A stretch of 64,000 bases of DNA from Octopus sinensis (Eukaryota). Positions 63,561 to 64,000 of the stretch are shown in pieces. Position 1 is the first letter of the stretch. Every line of letters begins with the position of its first letter. The notes below the pieces were generated by a model. It was not told the origin of the DNA, did no database searches, and saw only the letters and a list, made by a program, of their open reading frames with translations. The position numbers and the translations under genes were made by a program. The DNA lies in assembly GCF_006345805.1 (NCBI RefSeq), contig NC_042998.1:81654001-81718000 (forward strand). The letters are read 5' to 3'.

Positions 63561-64000
63561 GTGTATGTGTGTATAAATTCTAGCTTTTTGATGTCCTATC
63601 CATCATCATCCCATCCCAGAATCCTAATGTTGCAGGTAAAATCGTATTATTGCCTTATTTATGGCTGTAATCATCAAATACATGAGCAACAAGGCTTTCT
63701 TGCGATTAGAAAAGACATCAAAATATTTCTTATATTGCTTCTTAGCGCTCAATCGTTTCAAATTAATCTTTCTTCTCGGGATTAGTATTGCTTACTAAAT
63801 TTCTCATATAATATAAAAGTTAGGATTATTAAGCTTAAGTCCAGTACGAAAAAGATATATGTTATAGCTGGTAGTGGAAATAGTGTTAATCACACTTATA
63901 GTATTATTGCTATTGAGATGAACTTAAAAAATGATTTTTATCTACCAAAACTTTCTTTTTAATTCCTGATCGCAGAGCTTTCACACACGGTTTACACTTA

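Overview
AT-rich, repeat-dominated eukaryotic (metazoan) DNA, most likely intronic or intergenic sequence of an octopus/cephalopod genome. That assignment rests on my recollection of octopus tRNA-derived SINE families plus the dense (TA)n/(CA)n/(TATC)n microsatellites; it was not searched. No intact protein-coding gene is recognisable, and almost all ORF-track entries are microsatellite read-throughs. Supported content: a decayed, near full-length Penelope-like element (PLE; RT + GIY-YIG, 5.66-8.47 kb, minus); further PLE 3' ends and pseudo-LTR (pLTR) fragments; a 5'-truncated R4/Dong-type RLE LINE in an (AAT)n tract; a tandem array of three non-autonomous Helitrons; a truncated mariner; two Tc1/mariner-pogo MITEs; a Helentron/DINE-like element interrupted by an ORF1-only L1/Tx1-like element; and about 20 SINE copies from three families. 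The most interesting signals are: (i) at least 7 type I hammerhead-ribozyme motifs from different TA-embedded repeat families, two of them as head-to-head pairs inside long foldback palindromes; (ii) five long foldback palindromes; (iii) several candidate micro-exons, all on the minus strand, including a CAG|GTAAGT...CAG|GTGAGT site resembling a recursive-splicing ratchet point; (iv) a 'half-L1'-like element. Repeat boundaries are by-eye estimates unless a TSD or terminal motif is quoted.
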